Assembly: GCA_010909165.1 (NCBI GenBank)
Contig: VJWM01000209.1
Span: forward strand, 269,411-333,410
Length of the DNA: 64,000 nt
DNA from: Anthoceros angustus
Taxonomy: Eukaryota > Plantae > Anthocerotophyta
Direction of reading: 5' to 3'
The notes under the pieces are model-generated. The model was given only the letters and a program-made list of their open reading frames with translations. It was not told the DNA's origin and did no database searches. The stretch's first letter is position 1. The number at the start of each line of letters is the position of its first letter. Below are positions 1-9,989 of the stretch, in pieces. Position numbers and translations under genes: made by a program.

Positions 1-229
1 TTGGGATGAGCAGTAGCAATAGCCGAGACTAGCGGTGGCATTCCATTCCCGTTGGAGACAGAATGGTCTTGGTACACTCGCGATGAAGAAAACGAGGTAC
101 CACTGTAGACCCTCCGGACTCAACTTTGGTTGATCCCGCAATGGCGACGGATTTTTGGACATGGTGGAGGTGTACAGGGCACATCGGTGCGGAGGGAGGG
201 CAAGGCGAGGCTCAGTCGAGGTTGTGTGA

Positions 230-760
230 AGGAGATTGAGGAGGGAATGATGGTTGCTGTCAAGCCGGGATGATCCAGGGCGAGACCATTCGGCTCGCAA
301 AAGTGGTGGAGGTGGACCATGATCGGGGTCCCTTTCATGATAGTTCATTGGTGGCGGACGGAGAACAATGATGCATTCGAGGAAGGTACATGGAGGAGTT
401 TGTGATACTGGGCGCCCACGGTCGAGGGAAAAAGTGCGGCGATCAAAGAATGGAGGCGAGGGCGTCGGAGAAGCATTTGCAAAGCCTCAACTTCCGAGAC
501 AATGTGCTGGCCTATGATTTGTGACAAGGAACAAGAGGCGTTGCGAGGGCGACAATGAAGCGATAAAGACCAAAGTCTTTGAGTTGCGGTCGAGCCGGTG
601 ATGAACCGGCGAGACTTCCGCCCGGTGACACGAATGTCATGCCCAAGACATGATTGACTCGGAAGACCTCGACAATGTGGAATCAACGGATGAGTCCACG
701 ACGTGGTGGTGGACCGGTGGATGGTCCGGACTCGGAGAGGAGCCGGACGAGGCAACCTAA
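230..760 (+). pseudogene. Degenerate C-terminal coding remnant with a BAH/Tudor-like beta-barrel motif and acidic tail, probably transposon-associated
   Basis: Manual translation across frameshifts gives VKEIEEGMMVAVKP..DDPG..PF(W)LAKVVEVDHD.G(V)PFMIVHWWRTENND, later NVLAYD, then an acidic tail ending EEPDEAT* near 760. The pattern resembles BAH-type domains from memory; no search was run. Confidence 0.35.
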
Positions 761-1539
761 TATTGTCAACTTTCCGTTCCTTGTACCAGACGTTATGTCC
801 CCTCGGGCTTGAATGCGATGGATTGTTTTCGTCTTTTCGTGGAAAGGTTTAACGACTTGCCATCGGCATCATCTGTTGTAGGAAGTTGACGGTGTGATAA
901 TGTCCGGAGCATGTAAGCGGCGACTATGTCGAAACCGATCCCAATGTGGTGCTCTAATTTTCTAACAATGTTCGGTGGTTTTGTCCGATTGAGAGTAGCA
1001 GCGCGAGGTTTCAATGGTGATCATGCAGTCATCTATGTTCGACCTTGCGGTGTGGCGAAGTGTTCCCGAGGATGGTCACGCCCACGGATGTCCGTGGCAA
1101 GGTATGTATGCCGCAGCAAGTGCGCAATGTTTGTTTTTCGGTTCTAGTTGGGACCGCCCCTAATGACTATGGGGTGGAACGGACGGGGTCCAGTGGTGGC
1201 CGCTCAGCGAACGGACGCACACCAGCGAAACGGTGAGTACACGAGACGGGCTCAAAAGCAGCGTCTTCCTCCACTGCTTCCACCGCCAGAGGTTGTCTTC
1301 CACCTCCTTTGTGGTTTGTGCACGCGCTCATCCCTCCTCCTCCGGAGAGCCGTCCTCACGCCATGCTCCTCCACCTCCTTCCGACCTCTGTCGGGTTTTG
1401 CCTGTTATTCCCCTCCTCCTTACGTCCCATCCATCCAACCTTCCTTGAACTAACCTTGTTGTTTGCAGCCCTTCGGATGAGGACTCGCAGAGGTGGCTAC
1501 GAGTCACCACCTCGTATCACAAGGGAGGATGTGGAGGCA

Positions 1540-1985
1540 AAGCGAGCGCGGCGGAGAAGGATGGAAGTTGCCCATCCAGGACTTGTGTGGAGGCCATTTG
1601 GGTCTCCGGTGTGCGTGGGCGGGGAAAGACAGTATGGCTGGCCATCTCCTTCCATGCGAGGGTGGCGGTGGCATCGTAGATTTTCCGGATCTTTGCGGTA
1701 GGAAAAGCCAAGGGGGCTGGAAGAGGACTATAGGATAGCGAAGGAGGGGTTCCTGGAGGCGAAACGAAGGGTGCAGCAACTCCAGCACAGCGTCGCAGAG
1801 GAAGGAGGGGTGAAGGAAGAGCCTGAGGACCTGTCCCGGTCCCAGCAATTGTTTAGAGCTTCCCGTGACCTTGCAGCTGCCCGTGAGTCCATGCAACAGC
1901 TTACGCGAATGAAGGTTGCTGCAGAGGAGGCCGCTGTCGCACTGGGAGCGGGGAGCTGGGTGGAAGTGAAGGAGGAGGCAGGTAA
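1540..1985 (+). pseudogene. Possible SAND-domain-like exon followed by a coiled-coil segment
   Basis: ORF 1493-1738 contains KLPIQDLCGGHLG...DFPDLCGRKSQGGWKRTI, similar to the SAND consensus LPVTCG...G...EFE..(A)G....K.WKRSI. ORF 1771-2046 is Ala/Glu/Gln-rich and has a probable donor site (GCAG|GTAAG) near 1981. Confidence 0.3.
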
Positions 1986-3173
1986 GCACTTACCTCTGTT
2001 ACCTTTTCGCTTGAGAGTTGAGCATGGTTGTCGCTGCATGCACTAACGGGCTGTTCATTGTGGCAGAGACAGGCTGATGGGGACACCCTTGGCAAAACTG
2101 GAGGAGCACTGTTGGAGATAGGAGCGTGAAGTGGGTTACCTAGGTTTTTTTTGCAAGCGATCTGTAGACTAGAAGCGGGGCGGAGGGGAAGAGAAAGGGA
2201 GGGAGAGGGGGTTGGATGCGTAGCTTTCTCGTGGCTTCACCGGGTCGAGTTGGGGACGGCAATCACATGATTTTGTGTATGTCAAGTTTTAGCGTCGATG
2301 TGCAAGCCATGGTGCCCTGAAGTGTGAAGCGGAAACGGGGTTTGAGTTTGGGGAATGCCGATTCGGAATGTTTGTCCGTCACGGACAGGTGGCTATGAGC
2401 CAACGGTCAATGTCACATGGCATGGACTGGAGGGGCGGTTACATGTGAACTACACCATATCGGTTTTCCAATACTTTATTAGCGAGAAATGTATTCATCA
2501 GCATATACTTTGTACCTTGGGGATGTATATTTGAATAATATTATTCCATGTATTTTACATGAATAACCCTAAGGCCCACAAACAGTGAGCCCGCTAGTGA
2601 TGCATTCTGTCCAATTGTGTAACATGACGGTACACTTTTCCATATGCCAGTTTGTAAAGGTAGCTTTGGTCGTAATGTATCCCAAAAGTGACACGATTGA
2701 AATAAAGCCTAAATAAATGTTCTAGTCTACACGCCATAAATTTATAAGGATCTCTACTTTTTCTCCCCGAATGCCTCTTTTGTTTAACCATGAGACATCG
2801 AGGTGTGGAAATATTGCCAATAAATTTCAAGTTTTGATGAAGTGGAATGGGTTTGGGTGTACTGTGCGTTGTATTTTTAGCAGCCGTTTCCCACAAACCC
2901 TCAAAATCAACGTTCCGAGTTTTCTTAAGTGCAAAAACTGATGACATATTTGGCCCGTCTCCGGAAAGTGGAGTGTGTCACTAGCCCTAAGGAGACCTTG
3001 TTCAAGGTAGCTCCAACCACGCACTCTTCACTTCTCGAGGCCGAGGCAGTCGAAGAGGCAGAGGACGCGGTAACTTCTCAAACCGCCGATCCTACGACTC
3101 ACAGCAGCTGCAGTCACCTGGAGGCTACACTAAAAACAATCAGAATGGTCAGAAAAGGACCAGCAAAGGACCT

Positions 3174-3215
3174 TGCAACTGGTGCAGGATCCCAGGCCAT
3201 TTCGAGTACGAGTGC
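3174..3215 (+). other. CCHC zinc knuckle of Copia-1 gag
   Basis: tgc aac tgg tgc agg atc cca ggc cat ttc gag tac gag tgc = C-x2-C-x4-H-x4-C. Confidence 0.9.
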
Positions 3216-3242
3216 AGGAAGAAACAAGCAGGAGAACCCCGC

Positions 3243-3846
3243 CTGTACTGGTGTATTCTCCGCCGTTATCACTGCGGAGAGTGCAAACTTGAAAACCAGT
3301 TCGTCGTTCTGCTGCTGATACAAAACCTTGGAAACAGGTGAGGGCCTCATCCTTATGGCGCAAGAAATAAATATGGCAATACCTGCTCCACTCATCCATA
3401 AAGGTAAGGAAGTAAGAGTGGCCTCCGAAGCTGTGTGTGCTCATTGGGCAATGTCCTGAGGCATGCCTTAAGTCGTCGAGCTCTTGTTGGTGAGGGATCT
3501 TTGAAAGGGAATTGAGTCAACTTGGAGTATTTCCAGATCTCACAGAAGAAATCCTTGCTGGATTTAATGTTGATAGGATCCTTGTACATGGTAGGGTTGG
3601 AAAAGGAGTCCAGATAACGTGGATTTATGTGGCCTGCCCGACAGTGCCATAGCAGGGTGTTGCTGTGAGAAGCTGATGATGAGCTGTCAGCAACGAGGGA
3701 TGAAGAAGACTGTATATTGAGCAGGTACAAATCGTTATAAGGTAGGCCGTGTGCCAGTGCAGTTTGATGTTTGTCCTTCGAGTCATAAATTGTGCAGTGG
3801 TTGCCTTGAAAGGTGATTATGAGGTTGTGCTCCGTGGCCAAGATCA
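3243..3846 (-). pseudogene. Inverted segment of Copia-1 pol: GAG-pre-integrase domain and N-terminal half of the rve integrase core
   Basis: Minus-strand ORFs 3392-3847 (LWHCRAGHIN...FFCEI) and 3130-3444 (YFLTFMDEWSRY...LRSDNGGEYTS) lie between + strand gag and the + strand integrase C-terminus. Confidence 0.9.
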
Positions 3847-6257
3847 CTTCTTGAGATTTCCCGCTCCATCCTGAAGCTCTCCTGCCTCTCTCGAGGCTAC
3901 TGGGCTGAGGCAGTAGCTACAGCCAACTACCTTAAAAACAGGCTTCCTACTAAAGAGCTGCCAGGTACTACACCTTTTGAGCGCTGGACAGGTAACAAAC
4001 CTAGAATCTCCCATCTCCGCATCTTCGGTAGTCCTGCCTTTGCACATGTACCAGATGCCACACGTCACAAATGGGACGACAAAAGTCGAAAGCTTCTCTT
4101 CATTGGCTACTCGGATCAAGTAAAGCCTACCGCCTTTTCAACACTACGAGAGGTAATCCTTTCTCGTAGTGTTCATTTCCATGAATCCCATGTTCTCAAC
4201 ACCTATCTTACTTCCCTGTCCACCTCTCTTCCCACCACTGGTCTCTCTGGCCTCCTACCTTCAGCTAATTTTCCCCTTGACCTTGAGGGGGCCACCTCCC
4301 ACTATGAAGAAGCTGAAGATGCCATGCAAGCTCAAGAGAAAACAGATCATTTATCCTGTTCCAGGTCCAGCTATCCAAGCACCACCACATGTTCCAGCTT
4401 GCTCAGATACAGCCTCAGGTACTACCTCCTCCACTATTACCTGCACCCATAGCCCTGGATCAGCCACATCACCCTGTGATAGATAACCAAGACTTAGACA
4501 TGAACCATGCTCTAGTACCCGAGGTACCCGTGCCAGAACCTGATCCTCCTCCTCTAAGGCGTTCCACACGCAATAGACCGCCCAGTCATCTATGGAAAAA
4601 TCCACCCTCTGTCCCTAGAGACTCCTTCTCTCGTCAAGCAACCATTATGGAACCTGTAGAAGCACCAGTTCCCACTCAAGCTCAGCCCGACAGCGCAGAC
4701 CAAGTCCAGCTCGCCTTGTATCAAGCCCTGTCTGCACTTGAAATGCAGGATGTACCTGCAAGCATAGAAGAAGCCCTTAGCACACCCGAGTGGAAGGCTT
4801 CCGTTCAGTCAGAATACGACTCTCTAATTGCCAATCCACTTGAAACTGCGGCCTACTGAGCACTGGCCATTTCTGTAAGTGGACCTTCAGAAGGAAGCTT
4901 AACCCTGATGGGACCGTCTCAAGATACAAGTCTAGACTGGTAGCCCGTGGTTTCACCCAGGTACCAAGTTTTGACTATGATGAAAACATATTGTTCAGCC
5001 CAGTCGTCAAGGCAACATCCATACGGATCCTCCTAGCCTTCGCTGCCCATCACCACCTGCATATACACCAGGTAGATATCAAAACCGCTTTCCTCTACGG
5101 AACCCTAAATGAGGACATCTACATGCTACAGCCACCAGGGTTTGTTAAGGATAGCAGCAAGGTATGCAAATTGCTCAAATCCATCCATGGACTAAAGCAC
5201 CGGCACAAGTATGGAATGAAACCGTGGATAGATACCTGAAAAGGTGTGGCTTCACTCCTCTTATCTCAGACACCAGTGTCTACATCCTGAGAACAAAGAA
5301 CAAGTTTGCAATAGTGACACTATACGTTGATGACAACTTCATATTTTGAGACAGTCCTGAGATTATCCAGTATGTGAAAGACCTCTTGTCAAAGGAGTAT
5401 AATGTTGTAGACATGGGACCCCTACGGTATGCATTGGGAGTACAGTTTGAACACAACAAGGAGGACCACTCTTTCTTCATCCATCAAGAACACTACGTAA
5501 ACCAATTGCTGGAAAGATTCAACATGAAGGACTCAAAGCCAGTATCAACTCCAATGGCTTCAGGAGAGAAGGTATCTGACGCCAAGACACCAAGAAACAA
5601 AGGAGATGTCAGCTATCCCGCATAACGAGGTCAGAGGCGCTTTACTTTACCTCTCAATCTGGACAAGACCCGACGTTGCACTAGCTGTGAACGTGGTATC
5701 CAGATATTTGTCGAACCCCGGGAAGGCTCATTGGACCTGTGTCAAGCGCATCCTTCGCTACCTCAAGAAGACCAAGTCCCTAGGACTCATTTACAAAGGT
5801 GATAGCTCTCCCAAGCTCACTCTAATCTCCTTCTCAGACGCAAATTGGGCGGGAGATCCGGATGCGAGAAGGTCTATTGCAGCATACTGCACAGCTATCA
5901 ACGGTTGCACAGTGTCATGGGCGTGCAAGAAGATGCAAACGATTTGTACCTCATCAGCGAGTACGCAGAACAACGTGGCCAAGGAGATCCCGTGGGTGAG
6001 GCAATTCACGCACGATATAGGCGAGGACCGGGATCAGCCCACACTATTCATGACAATCAATACGCCATCGCCATGACACTCAATCGCGCATAGAACTAAG
6101 CATGTGGAGATCCATCACCATTTCATTCGTCAAGTGGTGGCCAACAAGCAAGTGACCTTAAACTACATCAACACGAATGAGATATCGCTTCACGATAAGG
6201 CTTATCCAAGCCACTTCACAACAAGCACACTGAAGGTATCGGACTGGTCAGCAGAGA

Positions 6258-7889
6258 ATCTTACCTGGGTATTCCTTCCGAATCAGCCAATTCACAGGAA
6301 GGGAGAGCTCCTTAATTCCGCACCACCACTGCTAGCGTTATGCTTCAGCAACTTCGAGTTTTCATCTCTGTGTTTGGAGACTAGACTGAAGATTGTTGGA
6401 ATCCGCAGCGACGGGGGGTGTTGGAGCCATAGCGCTACGGATTGGAGCTTCGCCCCCATCAGCCATTAGCCATTAGGGCACAATTCGTGCACACGTAGAT
6501 AAATGCTTAGTTCGTGATGCAGCCTGGGTACCATCAAGACTGTGAGCGGATTACAACCGCATTCGAGACACTATAAGTACAGGCATTCAGCCTTAATCCT
6601 ACCATCTTCCGGGGAACTGTGTTGCCAGAGACACCTTGCTGGAAGCGCGGCTCACCACAAAGCAGTGCGGGGCCTCCCGGCATGCTCCCAAAATAGGCAG
6701 CGTTTCGCACATAGTACGATCCCGATGTGGCGTCTCACCAACCCGCATGAGGTTCTGCCGAGCCTCCTGGTGGCTACCGGGCATGGAATTTCCAGGAGGG
6801 AGAAGAGTGGAGGAGAGGATGGCAAATATTGCCAACATTCTTTGAGTCGGAGATCTGAGCTCTTGTATGAACAAGAGCGCAGGATAGCGCCACCGCTTTC
6901 GCGAGATTTCTCAGGTAGGGTGCATTCCCACAATGGAATGCTTGCCTCCTGCTCCAGTGCGATGAACGAATCCGGTCTACTAGGATCCTGGAGGTAGGGT
7001 GGGAAGGCCTCATCTCCATCCCCACCAGTGCCATCTGTGTCGGTAATGCCGCCCGACTCGTGGGCGCGTCCATCTGCTACATCAGACACAAACCCGTCTA
7101 CTGGAATGTTGCCGTGGTCGCCCACATCCAGGTTGGCCCCTGGCGCATCTTCGTCCGCATCAGCGGCTAGGTATAGCGGTGGGAGAGGTCGGCCTGATCG
7201 AAGGAGCTACACACACGCACAATTCGAAGTCAATGATGAACATAGCCCTTACTGCCGGACTTCAACCCCGCTAGTGCAGAAGAAAACAGCGGTCGAACAC
7301 CCTTTCCCTCACCTGTGCGCGTAGTCGCGTATGATGGATGACATGCCTCCTTGAGATGTCGGCGCGGGCTTTCCGATTACGTGGCTTGCAAGCAGGGCAA
7401 GGGCAAGGGATTTCTGGGATGTCTTTGTTCCTTCGGAGAGCGGACATGGTGACGGGGAAGGGTAGGCAAGCGTTGGGCGTTGCTTTTGCAAAAGCAGGAG
7501 CCCAGCTGGAAGATGTTGCGAGTCCCCGCCTGGTTGCACACTCATTCTCACCAATCCAGCCCAACGGTCACGGGGCCTATCTAACAAGGGTGCCCGTTGG
7601 TCTGAACGGCAGTTTCAGCTCCACAGAGCATGACCGTTGGGTTTGCGGCCCTTGTCATGTTATTCCCGGCTACCACGGGCTTGTTGTGCCCGCCCCGTCG
7701 ACATGGTGACCGGACTTGAGTGTTGAAAGACGTAGGGTGAAACGCACAGCGTCGGCGTCGTTTGCGAGGAGAGACAAGCAAGCAGGACGTATCAAATGCT
7801 CAAGTTTGTCTTAACTATACAACGCAGTTAAAACGTCCTCTCAAACGTGTCATGTACCACGTCTTATTGCACGTCAAATTGTAGTAGTG
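6258..7889 (-). mobile_element. CACTA/EnSpm transposon 5' fragment (CACTA-1): terminal inverted repeat (TIR), transposase-associated domain, N-terminal Tnp2/Transposase_21 region; truncated on the left
   Basis: Minus strand starts CACTACTACAAT at 7889. IPCPCPACKPRN...RRHVI (ORF 7271-7564); EASIPLW...LLPPGNSMPGSHQEARQNLMRVG; CGEPRF..G.TVPRKMV; frameshifted VVVRN..LP..WLIRKEY near 6270-6330. Confidence 0.85.
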
Positions 7890-8324
7890 CATCGATATCG
7901 GAGTCGCAGCATTTTTGGTTGTATGCAGCATGGCAACCGACGCCTTTGAATTCTCCGTGGCGCTCAGATGTGCGCACTCGCCGACCGGCCATGGTCGACC
8001 TGCCATCGCCCCTGGGCTGCAGGCAAGCCTTGAAGCTCCGGGGGAGGGGGCCTAGGGCAAGGGTGACTGTGACCTGCCTGGCGCTGGCCTCACCAGGCCG
8101 CTCACCTAGCATGGATGACGACGGTGAGCAGCTTCGAGCGCCAGGTACAGCCTCCTGATCAAGCGTTCATGACGTACCCCGTCATTTGGCTGACTGCCTT
8201 TTGGTGGTGCGGATAGGAATTCTGACAGACATCACTTGTTAGGCATTCCGTTAGACTGTAAGCAATGAACGCCATCACAAAACTGGATAAGCATGTTTTT
8301 CATGTGGAAATCATATGGCGCCAC

Positions 8325-9107
8325 GGCCCATGCAGTCGGCCATGGAAAAAACTATATGAAAATAATATCCTCAATGGGTAAGTATTTTTATTTTTAGTTT
8401 CTATGTGTTCTACATTATTTATGTTTGAGTCCTACAAAGAACTCATATATTACTCATGAAAGGACAATATGCTCATGTTATAAATGTCATTCAGTATCTA
8501 TGTAGTTTAAATATTTTAATATATAGGTGCTCTTCTATGGAATCTCTTATGAATCTACGTAAAAACGAATATAAAAACAACATAAAAATAATTACATCCC
8601 TAAATTTTATGCCCTTCATGCCAGTCTTATATGGATATTTATGAACTAAGATTTTAAATTTTAAATAGTTAAATATTTTTACTATATGAAAATATAATTA
8701 TCTAATAATATAAAGACATGGATAAGTACATCCAATAAAATTCATATGTATTTTAATACCCTGTATCATGTGTAAAATAATATAGAGAGCATGTAGATAC
8801 GGTCCACACAGTCGGCCATGAAAAGAGGGTATGAATATCATATCCTGTCAATTTATGATTTATGTCATTCCTTGTAAAATCTTTGTACCCATTTGCTTTT
8901 GAGTACTACAAAGAACTTGTAAAATACTCATAAGCTACAAGTGTCCTTTTATTTTGTGTGTCATGCTAAATGCATTTACTTTCTTTATATAAAAATATAT
9001 GTTCGCTAATAAGAAATCTATATGAACTTATGTGAAAATAGATATATACATCATACGCGAATTGCTATGATTTAAATATGCCTTTCACACTTCCTTTCTG
9101 AATATCT
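8325..9107. repeat. AT-rich degenerate direct repeat, period about 480 bp
   Basis: CAGTCGGCCATG...AAAA...TATGAA...ATATCC recurs near 8333 and 8809; TTTGAGT(C/A)CTACAAAGAACT recurs near 8425 and 8898. Confidence 0.5.
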
Positions 9108-9112
9108 AATAC

Positions 9113-9673
9113 AGTAACACCCCTTTTGATGAGGTGGGGCGATCACGATTAGATAAAAACATCACGGACACCAAAGACTAGGCCTCCAAGTAGCCCGCCG
9201 TCCTTCCACGGACGACTCGCATGCACACACTGCTATTTATTCCAAGAGAGTCAACAAGAATACATGAGAGATCGGAGCTCCCCATCTTTGCCTAAGCTAG
9301 GAGCTTAGCTCTCTCCCTCGATCTCCTCCTCAACCTCTCCTCTAGCACGCTCACACTCTAGGCTCCAAAGCCTCTAGGCACCAAAGTCCTATCCTCACAA
9401 GAGTGTAGCTCCCAAGTGCTAGGATCCTTCTAGACATGCTCACACTCCCAAGGCCTAGGCTCCAAAGTCCTATCCTCAAGAGTGTAGCTCCCCATGCTAG
9501 GATCACAAGATATCTCTAGGGCTAGCCTCATCTCCTTATATAGGAGGCTTACATCATTTCCAAAGTAAGCGCTAAGCGGACTTTCTTCCTTAAGCCCTAA
9601 GCTAAGTCTTACCACCACTACTTACAACTTACTAACTAGATCCAGTGCATGCTTCTCATGCAAGGCTCATTAT
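9113..9673 (-). repeat. 3' LTR of the gypsy element
   Basis: Aligns with 15816-16401 over its whole length (AGTAACACCCC...GCATGCTTCTCATGCAAGGCTC) and abuts the polypurine tract. Confidence 0.93.
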
Positions 9674-9741
9674 CTCCCCATCGAAAAGAATCACATCTCG
9701 GTGATAGCCAACGTATCGAGAGATCATCCAGATCCTTTCTG

Positions 9742-9861
9742 AATATCCTCTAACGTTACCCAAACTGGATCTGAGATCCCACGCAACTTTACCATATATT
9801 GTGGTACGATTCCACGTTTTGTAGGCACGCTACTCTCTGCAAGGAATTCCTCAATTTCCCA
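9742..9861 (-). pseudogene. Chromodomain at the integrase C-terminus
   Basis: WEIEEFLAESSVPTKRGIVPQYMVKLRGISDPVWVTLEDI matches the (Y/W)EVE.IL...YLVKW.G...TW pattern. Confidence 0.75.
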
Positions 9862-9989
9862 TGATCCTTGATTATCTTTGCCGCGAGAACACTGCTTCTT
9901 CTTGTCCATGTCTTCTTTCTCTTTGCACAACAAATGGTTTCGAGTGATACATGAAACACATTGTGTGCAAAAATCCATTCAGCCTGTAA

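Larger units (their letters stand above)
2986..6255 (+). mobile_element. Ty1/copia internal fragment (Copia-1): gag C-terminus, integrase, RT, RNase H; no LTRs recognisable
   Basis: Gag end ALFTSRGRG...CNWCRIPGHFEYEC; integrase C-terminus YWAEAVATANYLKNRLP...HLRIFG; RT HQVDIKTAFLYG, LYVDD; RNase H FSDANWAGD and end ...TKGLSKPLHNKHTEGIGL near 6250. Multiple frameshifts. Confidence 0.93.

Noticed and set aside
2594-2990. 117 aa minus-strand ORF and weak inverted repeats (CTAGTGA/TCACTAG)
   Set aside because: No recognisable motif, the inverted match is short and no adjacent TSD was found.
6413-6430. GGGGGG-TGTTGG looked like a polypurine tract plus 3' LTR start for Copia-1
   Set aside because: The minus strand through 6260-6650 continues as CACTA Tnp2 (TVPRKMV, VVVRN, WLIRKEY), and no matching LTR or CA end exists.
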